From NCBI GenBank assembly GCA_963663385.2, contig CAXXXD010000002.1:1472001-1536000 (forward strand): a DNA stretch of 64,000 nucleotides, given 5' to 3'. The stretch's first letter is position 1, and each line of letters begins with the position of its first letter. Source of the stretch: Oceanispirochaeta sp. (lineage in GTDB: Bacteria; Spirochaetota; Spirochaetia; DSM-2461). Of the stretch, positions 40,942 through 50,851 are shown piece after piece. Both the position numbers and the translations under genes were made by a program. The notes below the pieces were generated by a model, which saw only the letters and a list, made by a program, of their open reading frames with translations, did no database searches and was not told where the DNA came from.

Positions 40942-41786
40942 TGAAGAAATCCTGTCTGTTGATTCTATTCCTTTTTATGATTTCACCTGTTATTTCAGCC
41001 TTTCAGTGGCCTTCCGATCCGGAATTTCTTACCTATTCGTTCTGTGTGGAACTTGAGTATGGGATAAGTAAGGGGTTGCGCTTTGAAGGGGCAGAATCTG
41101 TTCGTCCATTTGATTCAGGGAAGGTCGTCTACCGCTACAGCCCGGATCCGTTTTCGCCTTTGCCCGGGAATCAGCCATCCCTTCTGGTTCTGGAGCATGA
41201 GAATGGATTCCAATCCGTTTATAAAGGATTGGAATCGGCAGATGTCGGGAATGTTCCGCCCTTTGTCAGTAGCGGGCAGATGATCACGGAGCATCCCTTT
41301 ACAGGTACCTACGGTTTTTATATCCGGGACGCCCGTCTGAAGAGGCTTGTGAACCCCCTGCTGCTTTTACCGGGGTTGAATGATGTTCAGGCCCCGGACC
41401 TTTTAACCTTGCGTCTGTATAGCCCTGACGGGGACGTCTATGATATAAAACAGAACGTTTCAATTCCTGCGGGTATTTATGGCGTATATGTACAGGTGCG
41501 TGACCGGATTAACCGGAAAAACCCTCTGGAGCTGATGCCATATACTATCTCTCTGTATAACCTGGGTACGCTGGAAGCTGAACGTAAACTGGATACGCTT
41601 GTACAGGCAGGAGACGTCCTTTCCCTGCAGGATGGTGTTCCGGCTGAGGATCTCTATAATGATGAGAGTTTTCTCTACCTGGGTGAAATGCTTCTGAATT
41701 CCGGAACGACATCTTTCGAGTTGACCATGGAAGATTTCTTCGGCAATGAGCTGAGTGTTGACTATGGTTTTCAGGTTTTGAGGTAG
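40938..41786 (+). CDS. Exported protein with a degenerate M23 peptidase-like domain
   Basis: FQWP...GKVVY...VLEHENGFQSVYKGL...GQ...VNPL; HxxxD and HxH ligands absent. Confidence 0.5.
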   Translation: MMKKSCLLILFLFMISPVISAFQWPSDPEFLTYSFCVELEYGISKGLRFEGAESVRPFDSGKVVYRYSPDPFSPLPGNQPSLLVLEHENGFQSVYKGLESADVGNVPPFVSSGQMITEHPFTGTYGFYIRDARLKRLVNPLLLLPGLNDVQAPDLLTLRLYSPDGDVYDIKQNVSIPAGIYGVYVQVRDRINRKNPLELMPYTISLYNLGTLEAERKLDTLVQAGDVLSLQDGVPAEDLYNDESFLYLGEMLLNSGTTSFELTMEDFFGNELSVDYGFQVLR

Positions 41787-41788
41787 GC

Positions 41789-42682
41789 ATGAAAACTTTT
41801 TCCAAAAAACCCGATGAGAACGAGGTTTCCGCGTCAATCTCCTGTCCCGTTTGCGGCGGCAACCGTTTTAAAACCTGCTGGGAGGCTGATACTGCCAGCT
41901 GGGTAAAATGTCACTCCTGCTCCCTTCTGTTGCAGAATCCTCAGCCTGTAAGCAAAGATATTCTTGAGCGTTATGATGAGGAATATTTTCAGTATGAACG
42001 GGAAAACGAAGAGGCTTTTCTGAATTTGATGTATCTGGGGTTGAGGGATATTGGTTTCGAGTCTCTTTCTTCCGCTTCCCGGGAGCCCGGGACCTTTCTC
42101 GATATCGGCTGTGCTACTGGCCGGCTCGCTGCTTCCCTGAGGGCGGAAGGGTGGCAGGCTGAGGGGGTTGAAGTCTGTCGTGCCGCCGCAGAGTACGGAA
42201 GCCGGAATTTTGGGGTTCCCATATTTCCGGGAACACTGGATGAAGCTGAATTCGATTCAAATTCCTTTGATATAGTACATAATTCCCATGTGATAGAGCA
42301 TGTTAATACTCCTGATCTGTTTATGGCGGAAATATACCGGATTCTGAAGCCGGGAGGCTATTATATATGCGCCACCCCCAATAGCCGGAGTCTGCAGGCT
42401 GTTCTTTTTCAGGAACGGTGGCGTTCTGCTATTGCTGATCATCTTTTTCTATTCTCTCTGAGGACACTGCCCAGATTAGCTGAAAACAATGGTTTCTCTG
42501 TTATCAGAAAAAAAACCTGGGGCGGTTTGGGAAGAGGGACGGCTCCCTCCTGGCTGAAGGATATCGCTGACCCTCTTGTTAAGGTTCTTGGCTGGGGAGA
42601 TGTTATGATCTATCTTTTTCAGAAACCTCCGGCAGGTGGAAGTCCGGTGCAAAATTCAGTATCTTTAAAAGGTCGTTTCTGA
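41789..42682 (+). CDS. Class I SAM-dependent methyltransferase with zinc ribbon
   Basis: CPVC...CHSC; LDIGCATG; HVIEHV; LKPGG; TPN. Confidence 0.85.
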   Translation: MKTFSKKPDENEVSASISCPVCGGNRFKTCWEADTASWVKCHSCSLLLQNPQPVSKDILERYDEEYFQYERENEEAFLNLMYLGLRDIGFESLSSASREPGTFLDIGCATGRLAASLRAEGWQAEGVEVCRAAAEYGSRNFGVPIFPGTLDEAEFDSNSFDIVHNSHVIEHVNTPDLFMAEIYRILKPGGYYICATPNSRSLQAVLFQERWRSAIADHLFLFSLRTLPRLAENNGFSVIRKKTWGGLGRGTAPSWLKDIADPLVKVLGWGDVMIYLFQKPPAGGSPVQNSVSLKGRF

Positions 42683-44957
42683 TTTCTTCTTTGTGAAAAC
42701 TCAAGAGTCTCCTCCCTTCTTCAGAACCGAATAAAACGTCGTAGATCATTCCCTTCTGTGTATGGGTTATGGGCTTCCCCGGAATCGATCCCGTAGTTGT
42801 CAGGAGGATTTTCAGCTCTTTGTACGCTTTTTCCCATTCATCTCTATTGTGACTGTTTTTAATTCTCCACTCTTCGATTCCTCTGTCAAGGATTGTTCTA
42901 AGCCATACTGTCAGATCACCCGGGAGGGCAATTCCCCATTTGGAAGCTGTCTGGATTATCTTTTCAAAGCTGATCCAGGCATCGCTGATGCCCTGTTCCA
43001 TCAGGTAGGTGATCTCCCGCAGGGTATAGTAAAGGAGCGCATCGACAGATTCGTTTAAATGATGGTTGCCGGGTATACCGAGATGCATCATTTCATTTAA
43101 CTGGGACAGCATATCGCAAAACCTGTTGCTTATGGACCGGGACGATGTATTTCTGAAGATGGAAAGGGCTTTCATCAGTGATTTTTTAACTGGCAGTGAG
43201 AGATCTTCCGGGTAGAGCAGAACTGATTTCTGCCGGGATATGAGAGTCATCCGGGAAAAAAGTTTCTTTTCGGCCTGTATTTCAAAGCGGAAAGGTTCAT
43301 AACTCTGGGTATAGATGTTTTGCAGTACAATCTCTCCTGTATAAATATTCTCATCTGTTGTTTCTGCCGTGTATGATAAAACTTTATAAAACCCGAGAGA
43401 TTCGCGATCACAGTCAAGGCTGTAGAATCGACTGAGTATAAGAGAGGCTGCCATCTTGAATTTCTGCTTTTCTCTGTCGAATTTCCGGCTTGTGTACAGT
43501 ACGGCGCCATTTCCCATGGAAGGGTCATTGCTTTCCGCATCAGCCAGGCTTTCCAGCAGGGCCGGTTCGGGGGAGATTGAGAAGAATGGGGAGTAAAGAT
43601 CGATAGACCGCGCCGCATACATCAGGTTCTGCAGGGGCTCAATGCCGGAAATATCCGAGAAAAACCATCCGCAGGATGTGAACATGAACATCTTGTATTT
43701 TTGTCCTTCCAGCAGTCTGAAGAAGAGATTTTTATCGGAGGAAGATTTTTTACCGGAACCGTAATGTGTATAAAAATCATCTCCTTTTGACGGATTAAGC
43801 AGAACCTCTATATATTTATTGCGAATTTCCCAGGGATCCTTACCGGTCAGACGGCCCATCCCTTTTTGAAAAATGCGGTCGGTTTCTTCCGAAAGTCTGT
43901 TTAGTCCTTCTCTGAGGGGGGTGCGCCATTTCTGGTTCCATCCCTCTTTTCCTCCCGTGCTGCAGCCGCAGTCTTTATACCAGCGGGATACCCCGTGAAA
44001 GCAGCTCCAGGAGGATCCTTTATCCTCTTCCCCGCTCTGAAGCACCACTGTGCCGGCGGGTTCCACCCCATCCATCTGAGCGGCAAAGTTGCTCATCCGT
44101 TTGTCCTGGCTGTTTTGGATTTTTGACAGAAAGGCTGCCAGTCCCATGTTGCCCAGTCTTTCATGATGTCCGTAAATTTCGCCATCTGTGGCAATGGGAA
44201 GCTGACCGGATTCCGAAAGGTTTAATTCGGAATCGACCCGGTTGTAAAACTGATTGGCATCTCCTAAAAGATGTTGAAAGGAAATATCGCTTGAGAGGCC
44301 GGGGTGATAGAAGAATATTGTAAGATCCCCGCTGGGGCAGGGGAGTATCCAGGGACGCTGCCACAAAAGAGGGCTGTTGCCGGCTTTTACGGTTTTCTCA
44401 CTGTCCATGGTATAGTAGGCAGCCTGCCAGGGGGAGAGGACGGTAAAGCGTATACCTGCTCTGACCAGCTCATCTGCCGTTTCGGGATGAATGGCTGTTT
44501 CTGCCAGCCACATCCCTTCCGGATCCCGTTCAAAGTGGAATTGAAAGTCTCTGATTCCCCATTCAATCTGGGTCAGACGGTCTTTTTCGGAGGCAAGCGG
44601 AAGGATCATATGATTGTATACCTGTGCCAGGGCATTTCCGTGCCCTCCGTTTTTCTGCAGACTCTTCCGGTCGCCTTCCTTGATTTTCATATAGGTGGAA
44701 GGCGCGTTTTCTCTGATCCAGGAAAGAAGAGTGGGGCCGAAGTTGAATGAAAGGTATTCGTAATTGTTCAGTATACAGGAGGTTTCACCCTTCGGGTTCA
44801 ACACAGGTGACCATCCGTTTGCCTCGTAGCACTCTTCAAGTATTCTTTGATTCCAGTTGTCATAAGGTGCGGCGCTCTGCTGATCCTCGATTATTCCGGA
44901 CCAGGGGTTTTCTCTGGGGGGCTGGTAAAAATGACCATGAATAATTACTGTTTTCAT
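42603..44957 (-). CDS. GH57-family glycoside hydrolase with DUF3536-type domain
   Basis: HGHFYQPPRENPW, SFNFGPTLL, GMWLAETA, ATDGEIYGHH, SWSCFHGVSRW, MFTSCGWFF. Confidence 0.88.
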   Translation of the reverse strand: MKTVIIHGHFYQPPRENPWSGIIEDQQSAAPYDNWNQRILEECYEANGWSPVLNPKGETSCILNNYEYLSFNFGPTLLSWIRENAPSTYMKIKEGDRKSLQKNGGHGNALAQVYNHMILPLASEKDRLTQIEWGIRDFQFHFERDPEGMWLAETAIHPETADELVRAGIRFTVLSPWQAAYYTMDSEKTVKAGNSPLLWQRPWILPCPSGDLTIFFYHPGLSSDISFQHLLGDANQFYNRVDSELNLSESGQLPIATDGEIYGHHERLGNMGLAAFLSKIQNSQDKRMSNFAAQMDGVEPAGTVVLQSGEEDKGSSWSCFHGVSRWYKDCGCSTGGKEGWNQKWRTPLREGLNRLSEETDRIFQKGMGRLTGKDPWEIRNKYIEVLLNPSKGDDFYTHYGSGKKSSSDKNLFFRLLEGQKYKMFMFTSCGWFFSDISGIEPLQNLMYAARSIDLYSPFFSISPEPALLESLADAESNDPSMGNGAVLYTSRKFDREKQKFKMAASLILSRFYSLDCDRESLGFYKVLSYTAETTDENIYTGEIVLQNIYTQSYEPFRFEIQAEKKLFSRMTLISRQKSVLLYPEDLSLPVKKSLMKALSIFRNTSSRSISNRFCDMLSQLNEMMHLGIPGNHHLNESVDALLYYTLREITYLMEQGISDAWISFEKIIQTASKWGIALPGDLTVWLRTILDRGIEEWRIKNSHNRDEWEKAYKELKILLTTTGSIPGKPITHTQKGMIYDVLFGSEEGRRLLSFHKEEIRNDLLKILNFAPDFHLPEVSEKDRS

Positions 44958-45115
44958 ATTACTATATTGACGGAAAAGGCTGATTCTTGTAAACAGTCAT
45001 AGGGCTAATGTGGAAAAATCTGTTTTGTTAGGTATCCGGTTGTAACCAAAACCTCTTGACATGGTTTAAGCATTTTCCCTACGATTAACTAATCATAAAT
45101 TGGAATGGGTAGCAA

Positions 45116-45865
45116 ATGACAAAAGAACGTCTTCATTCTTTCTCTTATGAACAGCTTATTGAAATTTCCAACAGAAGTAATGTCCTGGTAACTCCGGGAG
45201 TGGATAAAGATACTCTGGTGAGTATTCTTATTGATGCCTATGAGGAAGACCGTTTTGAACGGGAAGAGCTGAATAATCTGGCCATTCAGATGGAATCCAG
45301 AAAGTTTTCCATTTCTCAGGACGAAGAGATTGACCTGGGTATGGATGATGATCTGGAGTTGCCCCTGCGATATAATGATACGAGTATTACGGTTTTGCTG
45401 CGGGATCCTTCCTGGATTTTCTGTTATTGGGATCTGGAAGATAAAAAAGTAGCGGAAATTGAAGGAACCCCGGAATACAAAGGGCTGATCCTGAGAGTTG
45501 TTGAGCTGGATTCCTGTGAGTATTCTGATGATAATATTCTGGATTATTTCGATATTCCCATTAAAACAAGTGACTACAGACGTTATGTTAACCTTCCAAG
45601 CGAGGATACCTGTTACTGTGCGGAAATAAGGGCCATTATAGAAGAAAAGGATTATCTTATTGTCCGCTCAAATATAATTGAAACAACCCGGGAGTATGTT
45701 ACAGCTCCTCATGAAAATGATAGATCAAACAGCAGTGAATTGATCCGCCTATCCGGTTTTTCCTCCGAATTCGGTGATGCTCATGGTGTATCCGGATATC
45801 AGGAAATCCCCCAAAGGATTATTCCTATTCATGACTTGCTGAATGAGGAAAACTTTAATGATTGA
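45116..45865 (+). CDS. DUF4912-type protein
   Basis: LPLRYNDT...LLRDPSWIFCYWD...RSN; typical neighbour of GH57 branching enzymes. Confidence 0.75.
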   Translation: MTKERLHSFSYEQLIEISNRSNVLVTPGVDKDTLVSILIDAYEEDRFEREELNNLAIQMESRKFSISQDEEIDLGMDDDLELPLRYNDTSITVLLRDPSWIFCYWDLEDKKVAEIEGTPEYKGLILRVVELDSCEYSDDNILDYFDIPIKTSDYRRYVNLPSEDTCYCAEIRAIIEEKDYLIVRSNIIETTREYVTAPHENDRSNSSELIRLSGFSSEFGDAHGVSGYQEIPQRIIPIHDLLNEENFND

Positions 45866-47462
45866 TACATTGAAAGATAAAAAAGGTATGCTCTCTCTTG
45901 TACTGCATACGCATCTTCCCTTTGTACGGCATCCGGAGCATGAAAAGTTTCTGGAGGAAGCCTGGCTTTTTGAGGCTATTTCTGAAACCTATCTGCCTCT
46001 TCTGCGTGTTTTCGGCAGGTTGGAAGCGGATGCTGTTCCTTTCAGGCTGACTGTTTCAGTCTCTCCGACACTGGCCCATATGCTTCAGGATGAGCTGCTG
46101 ATGCAGCGGTATGTTGATCATTTGAGTATGCTTCTGGAGTTGGGTTCCAGGGAACTGGAACGTAACCGGCAGGATGCGGAAGTTCTTAAACTGGCCAGGA
46201 TGTATTATGACTTTTACTCTCTCAATCTGAAAGAGTTTGAAGAGGTTTATGAGCGGAATATTCTGAAAAAATTCCGCTACTACCAGGATAACGGGTATCT
46301 TGAACTTATAACTACCTGTGCAACCCACTCTTTTCTGCCCCACTATCAGTCCTGTCCTGAAATGATAAGAGCCCAGATCATGACAGGCGTAGAGTCTCAC
46401 GACAGGGTTTTTTCAAAGATGCCATCCGGTATCTGGCTGCCCGAATGCGGTTATTTTCCCGGTGTGGAAGAGTATCTGCGTAATAACGGAATCAAATATT
46501 TCATATCATCCGCTCACGGGATGCTCTATGCGGAAGACAGGCCGGTATATGGTGTATATGCACCTATTAAATGTCCTAACGGCGTAGCTGCTTTTGCCCG
46601 TGACCGTTCTTCATCCAGGGCGGTCTGGTCTGCAACGGATGGTTACCCCGGTGATCCTGTATACAGGGATTTTTACAGGGATATAGGGTTTGATCTGCCT
46701 CTGGACTATATCGGTCCTTATATTAATGACGGGGTGAACCGTGTTAATACGGGATTCAAGTATCATGCTATTACCGGCATAACGGATCAGAAAAAATATT
46801 ATGATCCTGTTGCAGCAAAAGCTAAAGCCTATGAACATGCCAGGCTTTTTGTCGACAATCGTGTCAATCAATGCGAAACCCTGGGGCAGTATATGGACCG
46901 GCCTCCGGTCATCTCTGCGCCCTATGATGCGGAACTCTTTGGCCACTGGTGGTTTGAGGGACCGGACTTTCTTGAAGCTGTTATCCGTGAAGTTGCCAGC
47001 CGGAATTCCGAACTGGCCCTTGTCTCTCCTATGGATTATCTGGCGGCATACCCTGAAAATCAAACAACTCAACCTGTTTTTGCCAGTTGGGGGGATAAGG
47101 GATACGGGCAGGTCTGGCTTGACGGCAGTAACGACTGGATCTATCGTCACACCCATAAGCTGATAGAAAGGATGCAGGAGCTGGTAGAACGCTTCCCCGA
47201 TGAAAAGGGGCTTAAGGAAAGAACCCTGAATCAGGCTGCCAGGGAGGTCCTTTTGTCCCAGGCATCGGACTGGCCTTTTATCATGAAAGCCGGAACCATG
47301 GTGCCTTATGCCCGGAAAAGCATAAAGACTCATATCCATAACTTTAACTACATCTACGATTCTCTTTCAAGGAATACCATCAAGACCGAATGGCTGACCC
47401 GGCTGGAAAAGAAGGATAACATCTTTCCTTTTCTGGATTACAGGATTTTCAAGAAAGAATAG
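45858..47462 (+). CDS. GH57 1,4-alpha-glucan branching enzyme
   Basis: LHTHLPFVRHP, WLFEAISETYLP, GIWLPECG, PYDAELFGHWWFEG, QASDWPF. Confidence 0.92.
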   Translation: MIDTLKDKKGMLSLVLHTHLPFVRHPEHEKFLEEAWLFEAISETYLPLLRVFGRLEADAVPFRLTVSVSPTLAHMLQDELLMQRYVDHLSMLLELGSRELERNRQDAEVLKLARMYYDFYSLNLKEFEEVYERNILKKFRYYQDNGYLELITTCATHSFLPHYQSCPEMIRAQIMTGVESHDRVFSKMPSGIWLPECGYFPGVEEYLRNNGIKYFISSAHGMLYAEDRPVYGVYAPIKCPNGVAAFARDRSSSRAVWSATDGYPGDPVYRDFYRDIGFDLPLDYIGPYINDGVNRVNTGFKYHAITGITDQKKYYDPVAAKAKAYEHARLFVDNRVNQCETLGQYMDRPPVISAPYDAELFGHWWFEGPDFLEAVIREVASRNSELALVSPMDYLAAYPENQTTQPVFASWGDKGYGQVWLDGSNDWIYRHTHKLIERMQELVERFPDEKGLKERTLNQAAREVLLSQASDWPFIMKAGTMVPYARKSIKTHIHNFNYIYDSLSRNTIKTEWLTRLEKKDNIFPFLDYRIFKKE

Positions 47463-47496
47463 ACATGAAAGAATAAAAGGGAATTTCCTGTTGATT

Positions 47497-47528
47497 GGCT
47501 CCGGAATAGTATCCGGAGCTTTTTTTTT
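47497..47528 (+). terminator. Rho-independent terminator
   Basis: GGCTCCGGA-atagta-TCCGGAGCT plus T run. Confidence 0.85.
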
Positions 47529-47602
47529 ACCGTACAGCTATACATATGTATACCTTTTTTCTGTCTATTTAATAATTAGCCCAAACACTTTCTGAATCTT
47601 TG

Positions 47603-47673
47603 TTGACAATCAAATTTTCTGTATTTAAGATGGTAGCAAGTGGTAATTAGTGGTAAATTGTAGGAAGTTGTGG
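47603..47673 (+). promoter_or_regulatory. dcw promoter with MraZ-binding direct repeats
   Basis: TTGACA-N17-TAAGAT, then ATGG/GTGG/GTGG/GTAG/GTGG at a 10-nt period (47630-47670). Confidence 0.8.
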
Positions 47674-48128
47674 AAATAAAGGGTATAAGAGGACAATTTA
47701 ATGGAACTCTTGATGAAAAAGGGCGGTTGATGCTCCCCGCAAAGCTGAGGAGCCAGCTTTCTGTGGATACCCTTGTATTGACAAAAAGTGTTGAACAGTG
47801 TTTATGGCTGTTTCCTGTTGAACGATGGAATAAGCTGGTTGAGGCTCTTACGGCCAGGAACTCATTGTTTAAAGAGCAGTACCAGCAAATTTACCGCCGG
47901 CTGATTGCACCGGCTGAAGAAATCGGAGTAGATAAGAGCGGGCGGGTTAAGCTTCTGCCTTCCCTTATGAAATCCGTCAGCCTGAACAGAGACTGCTATC
48001 TCATCGGTATGGACGACCATGTGGAAATCTGGGATGAGAGGAAATATGAAGAGTATGAAGAGGCTTGTGCCGCCTCTGTCAAAGAGGGCTGGAATAATCT
48101 GGCCGATATGGGAGATCTGGGGTTTTAG
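47670..48128 (+). CDS. mraZ: Transcriptional regulator MraZ
   Basis: LDEKGRLMLPAKLR, DKSGR, VEIWD; GTG start. Confidence 0.95.
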   Translation: MEIKGIRGQFNGTLDEKGRLMLPAKLRSQLSVDTLVLTKSVEQCLWLFPVERWNKLVEALTARNSLFKEQYQQIYRRLIAPAEEIGVDKSGRVKLLPSLMKSVSLNRDCYLIGMDDHVEIWDERKYEEYEEACAASVKEGWNNLADMGDLGF

Positions 48129-48131
48129 AGT

Positions 48132-49103
48132 ATGGATATAGTACATTATTCCATTATGAAAGATGAGGTTTGCTCTTTTCTGGCACCTGCCGAAGACGCT
48201 CAGCTGCTGATCGATTGCACGATGGGTGAAGGCGGGCACTCCGAAGAATTCCTCAAGCGGTACTCCACTCTTAATGTTGTCGGTCTGGATGCGGATCCGG
48301 GGATTCAGGAGGTAGCCATGAAGCGTCTGGCGCCTTATGGCGACAGGGTCCGTTTTGTGCATACCTGGTTTGACCGGTATTTTGAATCCTACTCGGATGA
48401 AAGGCGGCCGGACCGGATTCTGATGGATTTGGGGATTTCCGTATTTCATTATGAGAAAAGCGGCAGGGGATTTACTTTCCGCAGGGATGAACCTCTTGAT
48501 ATGCGTCTTGATTCGGGCAACCCCCTCAGCGCTGAGGTCGTCGTCAACGAGTATGATGAAAATGCCCTGGCGAATATGATTTATGCCTATGGTGAGGAAC
48601 GGTACAGCAGGCGGATCGCCTCCGCCATCGTCCGGAAAAGGGCCGTTGAACCAATCAGAAGCGCCGCTGTTCTGGCGGATCTTATCTTTGAAGCCGTTCC
48701 CGGCAATTACAGGCACGGGCGGATTCATCCGGCTACCAGAACCTTTCAGGCTATCCGGATTGAAGTGAACGGAGAGCTGGACCGTTTGAAGAAAACCCTT
48801 GAAAATGCGGTGAACGTTATGAATATCGGTGGGCGTATCGGGATTATCACGTTTCATTCACTGGAAGACAGGATTGTAAAACGCTATTTTAAGGACCTTA
48901 ACCGCAGCTGTATATGTCCTCCCGAAGCACCCCGCTGTACCTGCGGGGATGTCCGTGTACTGGATATTCTGACAAAAAAACCGGTTGTTCCCACGGCGGA
49001 AGAGGTTAAAGAGAACTCACCCTCCAGGAGTGCTAAATTCCGGGTCGCGGAAAAAATCGCAGAACTTTCCGTTCGTGACGGCAAAGGGACGGTTTATGGT
49101 TAA
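48132..49103 (+). CDS. rsmH: 16S rRNA m4C1402 methyltransferase
   Basis: DCTMGEGGHS, DLGIS, PLDMR, HPATRTFQAIRIEVN, FHSLEDR. Confidence 0.97.
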   Translation: MDIVHYSIMKDEVCSFLAPAEDAQLLIDCTMGEGGHSEEFLKRYSTLNVVGLDADPGIQEVAMKRLAPYGDRVRFVHTWFDRYFESYSDERRPDRILMDLGISVFHYEKSGRGFTFRRDEPLDMRLDSGNPLSAEVVVNEYDENALANMIYAYGEERYSRRIASAIVRKRAVEPIRSAAVLADLIFEAVPGNYRHGRIHPATRTFQAIRIEVNGELDRLKKTLENAVNVMNIGGRIGIITFHSLEDRIVKRYFKDLNRSCICPPEAPRCTCGDVRVLDILTKKPVVPTAEEVKENSPSRSAKFRVAEKIAELSVRDGKGTVYG

Positions 49104-49371
49104 ACGGGCTGTTTCAATTCTGGCGTTGATGCTGTTTCCTCTGATGCTGTGTCTGAATATATGGCAGAGCTATCGCTTTCAGCAGCTGGAAGAGAATCTT
49201 GAGCGGCTGCAGGAACAGCAGATGGATCTTCTGGAGAAGAATAAACGTGCCCTGGCGGCGCTTGCTGTATACAGCTCCCCCTCACGAGTGGGAGCGCTGG
49301 CTGAAGAAGGATTGGGGTTGAAGAAGATAGAAAGCGAAGATGTTGTGCATATTGAGAGGTCCGGTCAATGA
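49096..49371 (+). CDS. ftsL: Cell division protein FtsL-like
   Basis: TM plus coiled coil plus SPSRV...A...LGL; position directly after rsmH. Confidence 0.75.
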   Translation: MVKRAVSILALMLFPLMLCLNIWQSYRFQQLEENLERLQEQQMDLLEKNKRALAALAVYSSPSRVGALAEEGLGLKKIESEDVVHIERSGQ

Positions 49372-50777
49372 TGAACCCTTTTTCTCTGTCCAGGATGATT
49401 GCTCTCAGTAAAGGCTATGTCTTTGGTGAAAAGGAACGCTTTGTTGAACCTCAGACTATTTGTATCGATTCGAGGGAAGCCCAGTCCAGGAGTCTGTTTG
49501 TCCCTTTGAAAGGTGAGCGGACTGATGGCCACTTTCATATCGAGTCTGCTGTCAGGCAGGGAAGCTGTGCTGTCCTCGTCAATCTGGATTGGGCGGAAAA
49601 ACATATTGAAAGCATGACGCTATGGTCTGAACGTTACGGTGTTCTTTTCTTTCCTGTAGACGATACCCTGAAAAAAATGCAGCAGTTGGCTGAAGAACAT
49701 CGAAGACGGTTCACGGCCCTGACTGTTGTGGGGGTTACCGGGAGTAACGGGAAAACCACAACAAAAGAGATGATCGCGGCCATACTGGGCTGTTATAAAC
49801 CGACTTATAAAAACCCGGGAAACCTGAATTCTGAAATAGGCCTGCCTCTTACTGTTTTGCGGATGCGCAATGTATACGACTATGCCGTGCTTGAAATGGG
49901 GATAAACCACATCGGCGAAATGGATATCCTGACCAGGATAGCAAAGCCGGGTCTGGCTCTTATTACGAATATCGGGCGTGCCCATATAGGGTTTATGGGT
50001 AGTCAGAGGAAGATCGCAGAGGAAAAGAGGAAAATCTTCTCACATTTTGGAGCGGATAATGCTGCTTTTATCTATGAAAATGAAGGATTTGACGCTATCC
50101 TGACTGAACATCTGAAGGGCGCTGTCAAATACTTCGGGGAACGTTCGGCAATAGGGCTGAAAGAAGTTGTTGACAGGGGAACCGAGGGGCAGGACCTGGT
50201 ATTTACCGACTATACCATACACCTCTCTCTGCCGGGGCGCCATAATCTTCAGAATGCTCTGGCTGCTATCTGCCTTGCCCAGCATTTGGGCGTTCCTTCT
50301 TCGTGTATTCAGGAAGGTCTGTCCGGGATGAATGCATCCTTCGGCAGAACCGAGATTCTGAAGGGCAGGGTGTGTGTTGTTCAGGATTGTTATAATGCCA
50401 ATCCCGACTCTGTTCTGGCCTCCATAAAAATGACCGTCTCTTTACCGACTGAGGGACGGCGTATTCTTGTGCTGGCAGATATGCTTGAACTGGGAGAGGA
50501 AAGCAGGGCGGCCCATGCAGCCCTTGGAGAATCTTTGTCCGCTGCTGATGTGGACCGGATATTTCTCTTTGGACAGGAGATGAAAGCGGCAAGGGATGTA
50601 TTATCCGGTTTACGGGATGATGTGGTGTATGCTTCGGACTTCAATGATCTGAAGGAACGGTTGCTGGGGTATGTGACTACCGGGGATCTCGTTCTTCTGA
50701 AGGGATCCCGTGGTATGGAACTGGAAAGGCTGACAAAGGAGCTCACCGGTTCCGGAGGGATCGAATCCGTCCCGTAG
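49368..50777 (+). CDS. murF: UDP-MurNAc-tripeptide--D-Ala-D-Ala ligase
   Basis: IDSR, GVTGSNGKTTTKE, NLNSEIG, DCYNANPDS, KGSRG. Confidence 0.95.
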   Translation: MMNPFSLSRMIALSKGYVFGEKERFVEPQTICIDSREAQSRSLFVPLKGERTDGHFHIESAVRQGSCAVLVNLDWAEKHIESMTLWSERYGVLFFPVDDTLKKMQQLAEEHRRRFTALTVVGVTGSNGKTTTKEMIAAILGCYKPTYKNPGNLNSEIGLPLTVLRMRNVYDYAVLEMGINHIGEMDILTRIAKPGLALITNIGRAHIGFMGSQRKIAEEKRKIFSHFGADNAAFIYENEGFDAILTEHLKGAVKYFGERSAIGLKEVVDRGTEGQDLVFTDYTIHLSLPGRHNLQNALAAICLAQHLGVPSSCIQEGLSGMNASFGRTEILKGRVCVVQDCYNANPDSVLASIKMTVSLPTEGRRILVLADMLELGEESRAAHAALGESLSAADVDRIFLFGQEMKAARDVLSGLRDDVVYASDFNDLKERLLGYVTTGDLVLLKGSRGMELERLTKELTGSGGIESVP

Positions 50778-50851
50778 GGACTGAAAGCCGACATAAACCG
50801 TCCTTGGAAGAGGGCGCTGAGTAATGAATTTTTCTATGTTCGGGAGGGGAC

